Source: Abditibacterium sp. (lineage in GTDB: Bacteria > Armatimonadota > Abditibacteriia > Abditibacteriales > Abditibacteriaceae). Taken from it: DNA of 64,000 nucleotides. A program made the translations under genes and the position numbers. Positions 38,023 through 46,359 of this stretch are shown in pieces. How positions within the stretch are numbered: position 1 is the first letter of the stretch; every line of letters starts with the position of its first letter. Under the pieces are notes generated by a model. That model saw nothing but the letters and a program-made list of their open reading frames with translations. It did not search any database and was not told the origin of the DNA. The stretch is from contig CBDASK010000003.1 of the NCBI GenBank assembly GCA_965199495.1, positions 1,984,001-2,048,000 of the forward strand, in the 5' to 3' direction.

Positions 38023-39232
38023 CAACTTTAAATTCTCCATCGGCCAAACTCACGACGAGGGTTTGACCGGCGCGGGCGTCGGCCAGCGAACTGACGATGG
38101 CGCCGGTTTTTTCGTCGGTCAAAAAGGCGTAGCCGCGTTCCAAAACGCGGCGCGGATCGAGCGCGCGCAATTGTGAACGCGCGGCATCCAAACGCGCCCT
38201 TTCTATTTTAACATGACAACTCGCCGCCTCCGCCGCCCGCGCCCGCAATGCAGCCACGCCGTCCCGCAACTGCGCGATCTGCCCGGCGGGATTCGACAAC
38301 GAACGCGACTTTTTCAAGTAATCCAACTTCTGCCGCGCCAACCGAATATCGCCGCTTGCGACTTGCGCGGCGCGCAGTTTCAATCCCGCGACGTAGTCCA
38401 TGAGTTCTCGAATATCGGGCGCGACCAACTCCGCCGCCGCCGATGGCGTGGCTGCTCGGCGGTCGGCCACGAAATCTAAAATCGTGAAATCGGTTTCGTG
38501 GCCGACCGCAGAAATCAGCGGCAGGGCGCAATCGGCGGCGGCGCGCGCCAACTCTTCGTCGTTGAAGCACCACAAATCTTCGGCGCTGCCGCCGCCGCGC
38601 GCCACGATCAAAACATCCAAATCGCCCAACGCCTCGGCGAAACTCAAAGCCCGCGTCAAATCGAGGGGCGCCGAAAACCCCTGCACCGCCGCCGGAATCA
38701 AAACCACCGTCGCCAGAGGATAACGCCGACTCAAAACCGTGAGAATATCGCGGATGACCGCGCCCGTCGGCGAAGTAATCACGCCGATGCGACGCGGCAA
38801 ATGCGGAAGTTGCAGTTTGCGTTCTGGGTCGAACAAGCCTTCCTCGGCGAGCGAGAGTTTGAGGCGCTCGAACGCCTCGAACATTTCGCCCTGTCCGGCG
38901 AAGTGCAACTGCCGCACGATGAGCGAAGTTTCGCCGCGCGCGCCGTAATAATCGACTTCGCCAAACGCCAAAACTTTGTCGCCGTTGGCGGGCCGAAACC
39001 CCAGCCGCGCGACCGACGACCGCCACATTTTGGCGCTAATTTGGTTATGGTCGTCTTTGAGCGAAAAGTAGCAATGCCCCGATGAATGATGCTTAAAATT
39101 GGAGATTTCGCCCGCGACGGCGATGTCGCAGAGAATCGGATCGGCCTGCAACACGCGTTTGATGTGCGCGTTGAGGTCGCCGACCGTAAAAGCCGCTTCG
39201 GGAGCGAAAACTGGGGCGAGAAGGTCTTGCAC
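38012..39232 (-). CDS. xseA: Exodeoxyribonuclease VII large subunit
   Basis: GEISNFKHHSSGHCYFSLKD, ITSPTGAVIRD, ARGGGSAEDL, SAVGHETD, ATPSAAAE. Confidence 0.96.
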   Translation of the reverse strand: MQDLLAPVFAPEAAFTVGDLNAHIKRVLQADPILCDIAVAGEISNFKHHSSGHCYFSLKDDHNQISAKMWRSSVARLGFRPANGDKVLAFGEVDYYGARGETSLIVRQLHFAGQGEMFEAFERLKLSLAEEGLFDPERKLQLPHLPRRIGVITSPTGAVIRDILTVLSRRYPLATVVLIPAAVQGFSAPLDLTRALSFAEALGDLDVLIVARGGGSAEDLWCFNDEELARAAADCALPLISAVGHETDFTILDFVADRRAATPSAAAELVAPDIRELMDYVAGLKLRAAQVASGDIRLARQKLDYLKKSRSLSNPAGQIAQLRDGVAALRARAAEAASCHVKIERARLDAARSQLRALDPRRVLERGYAFLTDEKTGAIVSSLADARAGQTLVVSLADGEFKVDVR

Positions 39233-39295
39233 GAGAAGGGAAGTTTAGATGATGAATCGAATATGCATATGGTTTTGAGAACAAATTCTCTTTTG

Positions 39296-39805
39296 CTACT
39301 TTATAGCCGAAGAAGATTTTTTCATCCGATTCTCATACTTCATAATGACTTTCGCAACATCGTCTGAACCACTGAATTTCGCAAGCTGCCAAGCTGTATA
39401 TCCCTCTTTGCTAAGAATTCGCGGATCTGCTCCCCTGTCAAGTAGGAGTTTCGCTACTTCCGGTGTTGGAGCATGCATAAGAGGCGTGTATCCGTCAGCG
39501 TGACTATTGACATCAGCGCCTTCATCAATCAACAAATTTATCATCTCAACATCAGGTTTTTCCATCGCGAAGTCCAATGGAGTGCCACCCACTAATCCTC
39601 CCATCCCGTATTGGTTAGGATTCGCTCCCCTACGCATTAAATCCCTTACTTGAACAGCATCACCATTTTTGATGGCATCATGCACATCTGGAGAAAGATA
39701 GATATTCCTTGTCCATATGAAAGCAGGCTTGGCGGCAAACGCCACAAGGAAAAATATCGAAGCAATTAAAACTGTTTTCTTTTTCTTCTGAGTTTTCTCT
39801 GACAT
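39296..39805 (-). CDS. Ankyrin-repeat protein with N-terminal TM/signal
   Basis: GTPLDFA..LLIDEGADVN; GYTPLMHA..LLLDRGADP; AT-rich relative to the flanks. Confidence 0.85.
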   Translation of the reverse strand: MSEKTQKKKKTVLIASIFFLVAFAAKPAFIWTRNIYLSPDVHDAIKNGDAVQVRDLMRRGANPNQYGMGGLVGGTPLDFAMEKPDVEMINLLIDEGADVNSHADGYTPLMHAPTPEVAKLLLDRGADPRILSKEGYTAWQLAKFSGSDDVAKVIMKYENRMKKSSSAIK

Positions 39806-39890
39806 ATGTCCATTTTAACAAAGAACACAGAAACGCCAATTCACGTTATGCAAAGCGTTTAATTTCCGATCAATTTAGCGAATTGCCGCT

Positions 39891-39986
39891 CGTAGAGACA
39901 CCGACTTGTCGTGTCTAAAACGTCGGAGTTGCTTCAGATTGGCGGCAAGCGCAACGTTTTAGACACGACAAGTCGGTGTCTCTACG
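39891..39986. repeat. GTAG-type REP doublet, copy 2
   Basis: CGTAGAGACACCGACTTGTCGTGTCTAAAACGT ... ACGTTTTAGACACGACAAGTCGGTGTCTCTACG. Confidence 0.88.
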
Positions 39987-40043
39987 GGGCGTTGAAGAAG
40001 TTTGAAATTTCCTCGAATTCCGTGCAGAGTACGGTTGGCTTTA

Positions 40044-40184
40044 GAGGGTGTTAGGGACTCGTTGAGCGTGAATTGAGCAGTATCGTTTCAAGCACAAATT
40101 TTGCTTCACGCTCAAAAGCGATTTTCTGCGCTCTTGCCAAGAACCCGTATTTGCACGTTCACGTTCAACGAGTCCCTAACCCTC
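40044..40184. mobile_element. 141-bp MITE with terminal inverted repeats and TA target duplication
   Basis: GAGGG(TG)TTAGGGACTCGTTGAGCGTGAA ... TTCACGTTCAACGAGTCCCTAACCCTC flanked by TA; empty site GGCTTTAGCCTGAAATCAGGAGATT at 42064-42088. Confidence 0.8.
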
Positions 40185-40296
40185 TAGCCTGAAATCAGGA
40201 GATTGATCTCCTGACCCGACGAACAAGCAGCGTCGTCCTAAACCGAGATCTCCCGTAGGACGTGGCTGGTGTCGAGAACCACCAAACCGAAACGAC

Positions 40297-40402
40297 AAAA
40301 AAGCACGCGAACCAAATTCGCGTGCTTTTTTGTCTCGGCCAAATTGACCGTTTAGACTTGCGTCAATTTGATGCGGCCTTTGGCTCGGCGGCGCGAGATG
40401 AT
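40297..40402 (-). repeat. Displaced duplicate of the rpmH 3' end plus terminator (direct repeat of 42577-42682)
   Basis: 102 of 106 nt identical; encodes [16 protein letters not shown] with no 5' part. Confidence 0.9.
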
Positions 40403-40522
40403 CTTGCACGAACAGAAAAGTTCAGCAACGCCGCGCACGTTCAGTTTCGGGCGTAGCTTCGGCGTGGCTGCATTGCTTGCGTGCGGCGTCTCCGTGTGTC
40501 AAAGTAATTTGGTGGTAATAAT

Positions 40523-41017
40523 ATGAGCGTTCCCAAGCACATTGTCGCAGTCGCCGGACTGGTTGCGGATGATTTAGGTCGCGTTTTGATGCTTCGCAAT
40601 CTTCGGGATGAATGGGAATTCCCAGGCGGTCAAGTCGAAGAGGGCGAGGATTTGATTGAGGCGTTGCAGCGTGAGGTATGGGAAGAAACAGGCGTAGTCA
40701 TCTCTGTCGGTGAATTAGTTGGTGTTTACTCCAATGTGCAGTCGTGCATCGTGATGTTGGACTTTCTATGTAAACCGATAGGTGGAGACTTGAAGATGGG
40801 TGAAGAGAGTTTGGAAGTGGAGTGGGTCAATCGAACCGAAGTTTTATCTCGAATCAAACTGCCTGTTATTTGTGATCGCATGAGAGATATGCTGGAGTTT
40901 GATGGGCAGGTCGTTTACCGCGCTTATTCGTTTGGCATGAATACGACGGGGATTGTTGATTACGCGATTAAGGAAGAACGGAATATCTCTGGTGCGCGCG
41001 GCATTGCGGGAAAATAA
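40523..41017 (+). CDS. NUDIX hydrolase
   Basis: WEFPGGQVEEGEDLIEALQREVWEETGV Nudix box. Confidence 0.92.
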   Translation: MSVPKHIVAVAGLVADDLGRVLMLRNLRDEWEFPGGQVEEGEDLIEALQREVWEETGVVISVGELVGVYSNVQSCIVMLDFLCKPIGGDLKMGEESLEVEWVNRTEVLSRIKLPVICDRMRDMLEFDGQVVYRAYSFGMNTTGIVDYAIKEERNISGARGIAGK

Positions 41018-41041
41018 GGGGAAGGAGACACTGAAATTCTC

Positions 41042-41755
41042 ATGTCAACAGAAGATATAAAAGATTGGAATAAGATTGCTGATTCTTATATGAAATCTGC
41101 TAATTCTGGCGATTTTATCAATCGTCAATTCGCCTCTATTTTGTGGGAATCACTTGGCGACATCCGGAATTTGCAGGTTCTTGATTTGGGGTGTGGTGCC
41201 GGTTGGCTTAGCCAAGAGTTGAATCAGGCTGGCGCCAAAGTGCTTGGAATTGACGGTTCAGCCGAGTTGCTCAAAACAGCACAAACCTCTTTCCCAAACA
41301 TCGAGTTCATGGAATATGACCTGTCGCAAGGTCTTCCACCTCTGACTTGCACATTTGAACGCATTGTCGCCAACATGGTTTTGATGGATATTCCTGACCT
41401 CACCAAACTCATGCAAGCGGTGCGTCAAGTGCTCGCGCCAGGCGGCAAGTTCATTTTTACCATGCAACATCCCTGCTTCTTCAACCTCAAGTCTCATCGT
41501 GATGATGATGGTCAATTATTCAAGAAGCTCACTCGCTATCTCCAGCCCGAAGTTTGGCGCATGGAAGGTTTTGGCGGTCATAATCACTATCACCGTAGCC
41601 TGACTTTTTACTTTGACCACTTGCGCGAAAATCAAATGGCAGTGACACGTTTATACGAGCCTAAGCACATTTCGCACGCGGAGAGGCCAGAAGCCGACCA
41701 GAAGTTCTTCGAGAATATTCCCATCTTCATTTTGGTAGAAGCAACGGCAATATAA
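41042..41755 (+). CDS. Class I SAM-dependent methyltransferase
   Basis: VLDLGCGAG, GIDGS, LAPGGKFIF..HPCF; SD AAGGAG. Confidence 0.92.
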   Translation: MSTEDIKDWNKIADSYMKSANSGDFINRQFASILWESLGDIRNLQVLDLGCGAGWLSQELNQAGAKVLGIDGSAELLKTAQTSFPNIEFMEYDLSQGLPPLTCTFERIVANMVLMDIPDLTKLMQAVRQVLAPGGKFIFTMQHPCFFNLKSHRDDDGQLFKKLTRYLQPEVWRMEGFGGHNHYHRSLTFYFDHLRENQMAVTRLYEPKHISHAERPEADQKFFENIPIFILVEATAI

Positions 41756-41844
41756 GTCATCGACACCGATCGAACGAGGCGCTGCCTGAGACCGATTATA
41801 GCTCCTGTCACTCCTCGAAGAGTGCGGCCACGCCGCCCAGACGC

Positions 41845-41879
41845 AAAAAAGCACGCGATATTGATTCGCGTGCTTTTTT
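41845..41879. terminator. Third copy of the rpmH-type terminator
   Basis: AAAAAAGCACGCGA-TATTGAT-TCGCGTGCTTTTTT. Confidence 0.8.
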
Positions 41880-41927
41880 GTTTGGGCTAATGGATTTTAA
41901 CGCTCGGTGCGAAATGGGATTGCCTTT

Positions 41928-42025
41928 CGTAGAGACACCGACTTGTCGTGTCTAAAACGTGAATGCACGGGCGTTCGTTTGCGGAGCCCCGAACATTTTA
42001 GACACGACAAGTCGGTGTCTCTACG
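41928..42025. repeat. GTAG-type REP doublet, copy 3
   Basis: Same arms as copy 2 with a different spacer. Confidence 0.88.
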
Positions 42026-42121
42026 GGGCACGAAGAATTTTGAATTTCGTGCGGAGCACGGTTGGCTTTAGCCTGAAATCAGGAGATTCATCAAATGTAG
42101 TTCTCTTGCTGAGTTTCTTGG

Positions 42122-42523
42122 TTACAATTGTAACTTTTTGAGCAGCTCGTCTTTGTCCTGTTGCGTTTTGGGAAATATGGGCCAAGCATCTAAACCATCC
42201 TCACCAAAACGGGGAATAAGATGAAAGTGGAGATGCGGCACCGATTGCCCCGCCGATACACCGCTGGCATGAAGTAAATTTATTCCTGTCGCGCCAAGTG
42301 CCGTTTGATAATGCAAAGCTACCTTCTGAATGACAGCAAAAAGACCGTTCAAACATTCTATTGGCACGGAAAACAAATCGGCATAATGTGGCTTAGGAGC
42401 GATAATCGTGTGACCGAAAGCCTCAACTTCGAGCGGCAGAAAGCAAATGACCTTTTCGTCTTCATAAACTATCCATGAAGGCAAATCGTTGCTCACAAGT
42501 TTGCAGATGATACAATCGTTCAT
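42122..42523 (-). CDS. HIT family hydrolase
   Basis: MNDCIICK, GHTIIAPKPH, GQSVPHLHFHLIPR histidine triad. Confidence 0.92.
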   Translation of the reverse strand: MNDCIICKLVSNDLPSWIVYEDEKVICFLPLEVEAFGHTIIAPKPHYADLFSVPIECLNGLFAVIQKVALHYQTALGATGINLLHASGVSAGQSVPHLHFHLIPRFGEDGLDAWPIFPKTQQDKDELLKKLQL

Positions 42524-42576
42524 AAACGTTCTCATTATACCGCCCGAAATCCCTTTGTATCGCTACGCGGAATAAT

Positions 42577-42611
42577 AAAAAAGCACGCGAACCAATATCG
42601 CGTGCTTTTTT
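42577..42611 (-). terminator. rpmH intrinsic terminator
   Basis: AAAAAAGCACGCGA-ACCAATA-TCGCGTGCTTTTTT, 20 nt past the stop codon. Confidence 0.85.
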
Positions 42612-42631
42612 GTCTCGGCCAAATTGACCGT

Positions 42632-42769
42632 TTAGACCTGCGTCAATTTGATGCGGCCTTTGGCGCGGCGGCGCGAGATGATGGCGCGGCCACCGCGTGT
42701 GCTCATGCGGGCGCGGAAACCGAGTTTGCGGGCGCGCGGACGTTTTTTGGGTTGCCAGGTGCGTTTCAT
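42632..42769 (-). CDS. rpmH: 50S ribosomal protein L34 (missing from the ORF track)
   Basis: Translated by hand: [51 protein letters not shown]; divergent from dnaA. Confidence 0.97.
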   Translation of the reverse strand: MKRTWQPKKRPRARKLGFRARMSTRGGRAIISRRRAKGRIKLTQV

Positions 42770-42866
42770 GATTGTTTATTCTCCAATACGGCTTTTCCCA
42801 ATGAGTTCAACGGGCGCCGACGTTTTTTGATTTTGTTCCGACTTCGCTTCTCGGAAGCGGGCACGC

Positions 42867-42894
42867 AGTATAACACGCCAAAAATCTTTTGCAA
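42867..42894 (-). promoter_or_regulatory. Probable sigma70 promoter of rpmH
   Basis: TTGCAA-N16-TATACT with extended -10 TG. Confidence 0.55.
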
Positions 42895-43135
42895 ACCCGT
42901 TGAATTCCCTTGCACTTCGGTTTAAAATCAAAAGGCCTGTTTGCACGCCGAGCGTCCCCATTCAATCGCCAAAAGTCTGGCGAGAGGCCCGACCGCAGTT
43001 CGTTACATTTCTTCGTTACAACTTTGAAATGTGCAGGTGTCATACCCAAAAAGAAAGTCACACTTCGCTCTTATTCTCCCGCATCGTAGCCGAGCGAATC
43101 GCTTCTCCGTTTGCGCGGAACTGGTTTCACTCGAC

Positions 43136-43177
43136 TTATACACAGCTATGGAAAACCCTGTGGATAACTCTGGATAA
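43136..43177. promoter_or_regulatory. DnaA-box cluster upstream of dnaA
   Basis: TTATACACA at 43136, TGTGGATAA at 43159, TCTGGATAA at 43169. Confidence 0.85.
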
Positions 43178-43254
43178 CTCCACGGTTTTGGGGTGAAATC
43201 TTCGTCAAACACCGATTTTGGCCGTAATCTCGCCCGCAAAACCCTTTCATCACG

Positions 43255-44952
43255 ATGCCCGACGCCGCTGCCCAACGCAAACCCGCCCTCGAACTCGACT
43301 TCGATTCGCCCGCCGAACTCGCCGCGCAAGCCACGCTCTATGACTCCGACGCCCCGGCGTCCGAAAGCGGCCCTTCGTTACAAAGCGTTGGCATTGACCA
43401 GCCCAGCGAGATCATGGAGGCCGCCTGGGCCGACGTGATGCAGACGCTGCAGACCGAGTTATCCGGCCCAACTTACGACAATTATTTGAAACATGTGCGT
43501 CCGCTCCGACTGACCTCGGACAGATTAACCTTGTCGGCGCCCTCGGATTTCGTCAAAGATTGGTTGGTGCGCCGTTTCGCGCGCCGCATCGAAGAAACGC
43601 TCGAACAGTTTCTGGGCCGTCCGGTGATTCTGGCGTTTCAAATCGTGCCCGAAGGCGGCGAAACCAAAGTCGAAGCGTCCGCCCCGTCCGCCCGCCACTC
43701 GCGCAAATCGGGCAAGATTCTGCCCGATTTCGCCGAATCACCCGACGACGATGCGGACGCCGATTCTACTGGCGATGAAGCGCCCGCCGTCGGCGCCGAC
43801 GGCCATCCCGCCACCGTCGTGGCTGCCGATGCGCCCGAACCGACCAAAGCAGCCACGGCGGCGGCCAAAAAAGCCGCGCGCGCCGATGCCAAACTGTTAG
43901 AAGACTTTGAAGATTTTAGTTCGCCGTTAAATAAAAAATATACTTTCGACAATTTTATCGTTGGTCGCAGCAACTATGTTTCGCACGCGGCGGCGTGGGC
44001 CGTGGCCAATGCGCCCGCCAAAGGCCAATACAATCCGCTCTTCATTTACGGCGGCGTCGGCCTGGGCAAAACGCACCTGATGCAAGCGATTGGACACCAC
44101 ATCAACAAAGTGCGCGGAAACCCCGTCGAGATCGCTTATGTATCGGGCGAGAACTTTTTATATCAAGTCGTTCGCTGCATCCGCGAAGATAAAATGACGG
44201 CGTTTAGAAGAAAGTATCGCAACGTTGATATTTGGTTGGTTGACGACATCCAATATATATGTAACGCCGAGCGCACCGAAGTCGAGTTCTTTCATATCTT
44301 CAATACCTTATACGATCAGGGCAAACAGATCGTGATCTGTTCGGACAAACCGCCCAAAGAGTTACAACTCACCGAATCACGCTTGATTTCACGCTTCGAG
44401 TGGGGTTTGATCTCGTATGTCGAGCCGCCCGACTTGGAACATCGCATCGCGATTTTGCAGCGCCGCGCTCAAGCCGAAAACGTCACTGTTTCGACCGAGG
44501 TTTTGTCGTATCTGGCCGAAAAAATTCGCTCCAATATCCGCAGCCTTGAAGGTTCGCTAACGCGCCTGCTGGCGATGGCGAGTATCGAGCATCGCAAAAT
44601 CAATTTAGATTTGGCCGCCGAAACCGTCAGGTATTACTCAACTGCCGAAGCCGAAACCGTTAAAATCGAGGCCGAAACTATTATCGAAGTTGTCGCCGAA
44701 CATTTCGAGATCGCGGTCGCCGATCTATTGGGTAAAAAGCGCAACAAGGAAATCGTGATGCCGCGCCAAATCGCCATGTATGTCGCCCGCGAAATGGCGA
44801 ACATGAGCTATCCCGACATCGGTCGCGCCTTTGACCGCGATTACACGACGGTGATTCACTCATATGAGAAAGTGAAGGCGGAATTGAAGAAAGACACGGG
44901 ACTTCGCGGCGCGATCTCGGAGATTCGCTCGCGGGCGCACGCGCGGTCGTAA
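43255..44952 (+). CDS. dnaA: Chromosomal replication initiator DnaA
   Basis: YTFDNFIVGRSN, YNPLFIYGGVGLGKTHL, LVDDIQ, RLISRFEWGL, SNIRSLEG, PRQIAMY; exact start uncertain. Confidence 0.98.
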   Translation: MPDAAAQRKPALELDFDSPAELAAQATLYDSDAPASESGPSLQSVGIDQPSEIMEAAWADVMQTLQTELSGPTYDNYLKHVRPLRLTSDRLTLSAPSDFVKDWLVRRFARRIEETLEQFLGRPVILAFQIVPEGGETKVEASAPSARHSRKSGKILPDFAESPDDDADADSTGDEAPAVGADGHPATVVAADAPEPTKAATAAAKKAARADAKLLEDFEDFSSPLNKKYTFDNFIVGRSNYVSHAAAWAVANAPAKGQYNPLFIYGGVGLGKTHLMQAIGHHINKVRGNPVEIAYVSGENFLYQVVRCIREDKMTAFRRKYRNVDIWLVDDIQYICNAERTEVEFFHIFNTLYDQGKQIVICSDKPPKELQLTESRLISRFEWGLISYVEPPDLEHRIAILQRRAQAENVTVSTEVLSYLAEKIRSNIRSLEGSLTRLLAMASIEHRKINLDLAAETVRYYSTAEAETVKIEAETIIEVVAEHFEIAVADLLGKKRNKEIVMPRQIAMYVAREMANMSYPDIGRAFDRDYTTVIHSYEKVKAELKKDTGLRGAISEIRSRAHARS

Positions 44953-44979
44953 GAAATCTTTTAATTATGAAATTTAATT

Positions 44980-45483
44980 ATGAAATTGGCAAAGTTTGCT
45001 TTATGGTCGGTGTTTGTGGTCGCGCTACTCGTGGCGCCGTTCGTGGTAGTAACCAAAGGGAACGATTATAAGTTGGCGCGCTTTCAAAGCAATCTCGTCT
45101 CTCTGCCGCATCCAGCAACTTCACGTCTGGTGGCACAGCACGGCAAAATCGGTAACTTCGGCAACGGCAATCATATCGACTATTGGGCAGTTGAAGTGCG
45201 CTCTTGTCCCAATCCGCGTGCGATGCCCCGCTTTTATCAGGCTATGCGCGTCCCAGTTCCCAACTATCAAAGAAACGATTATGACGGCGTAAAGAACGGG
45301 ACGCAACCGGTTGAAATCACGGTTTTGCCGTCGCCGCTACCCGCCAATTATCATTTGAGCGCTGGATATTCCAAATGGAATTTAGGCAACTTAGCGGGCC
45401 AAAATGGACTTTATACCGTGGAAATTGTGAATTCGGGCGAGAACGATTCATGGGGATCACTTTTTGATTGGCGTGGACAATAA
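44980..45483 (+). CDS. Hypothetical membrane-anchored/exported protein
   Basis: N-terminal hydrophobic helix; 167-aa ORF directly after dnaA. Confidence 0.6.
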   Translation: MKLAKFALWSVFVVALLVAPFVVVTKGNDYKLARFQSNLVSLPHPATSRLVAQHGKIGNFGNGNHIDYWAVEVRSCPNPRAMPRFYQAMRVPVPNYQRNDYDGVKNGTQPVEITVLPSPLPANYHLSAGYSKWNLGNLAGQNGLYTVEIVNSGENDSWGSLFDWRGQ

Positions 45484-45630
45484 TCGCGAAGGATGCTTGA
45501 GTTCGCCGCGCGACATCTGAAAATTGTTCATCATATGAACAGACAACACAAAGCCATCAGTTCTTAATTACAGCAACTTCAGCTAATTTTATTAGTATTT
45601 ATCAGGCGCTTTTTTGCGCTAACTTCAAAT

Positions 45631-46200
45631 ATGAATAAAATCCCGCTCATCGGCAACAAGCTGTTTCTCATCCCCAACTTTCTCTGTGCGCAGGAATGCG
45701 CGCAGTTCATCGCGCAAAGCGAGGACGATGGTTATGAAGAAGCCACCATCACCGGCACGGGCGGCGTGGCTATTATTAGCAACGATGTGCGCAACAATAC
45801 GCGTTTGATATTGGACGACGAAACGCTGGCTCAGCGTCTGTTCGAGCGCACCGCCGAGCTATTGCCGCAAAATTGGCTGGGCTGGGAATTACTCTCATTT
45901 AACGAGCGATTTCGTTTCTATCGTTACGATGTCGGGCAAACCTTTAATATGCACTTCGATGGCGCCTTTGCACGCAACGATGACGAGCAGAGCCAGTTCA
46001 CGTTTTTGATCTATCTCAACGACGATTTCGCGGGCGGTCACACCAATTTCTTCGACGATAATGGCGCGCTTACCCACAGCATAGAGCCACGTCGCGGCAC
46101 GGCTTTGGTCTTCTGGCACCCGATGATGCACGAAGGCGCGACGGTGACACAAGGCCGCAAATACGTCTTACGCACCGACATCATGTATCGCTGGCAATAA
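45631..46200 (+). CDS. 2OG-Fe(II) oxygenase (prolyl-4-hydroxylase-like)
   Basis: NERFRFYRY, HFDG (HxD), LIYLNDDFAGGHT, HEGATV..GRKYVLRTD. Confidence 0.9.
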   Translation: MNKIPLIGNKLFLIPNFLCAQECAQFIAQSEDDGYEEATITGTGGVAIISNDVRNNTRLILDDETLAQRLFERTAELLPQNWLGWELLSFNERFRFYRYDVGQTFNMHFDGAFARNDDEQSQFTFLIYLNDDFAGGHTNFFDDNGALTHSIEPRRGTALVFWHPMMHEGATVTQGRKYVLRTDIMYRWQ

Positions 46201-46202
46201 CG

Positions 46203-46337
46203 AAATCCTCATATTTCCCACCGTAGAGACGCCGATTTATCGCGTCTAAAATGTCCGATTTGCCATAGCAATTGAGGGTTCATTCACGTTTTAGACGCGA
46301 TAAATCGGCGTCTCTACGGTGGGAAATATGAGGATTT
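46203..46337. repeat. GTAG-type REP doublet, copy 4, extended to a 49-bp perfect inverted repeat
   Basis: Arms 46203-46251 and 46289-46337. Confidence 0.9.
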
Positions 46338-46359
46338 AACTCCTATATGCTCCAAACCT

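Noticed and set aside
40176..40456. Short ORFs (40176..40409 minus, 40262..40456 plus) and 42602..42925 plus
   Set aside because: Alternative-frame or antisense readings of the rpmH repeat and terminator
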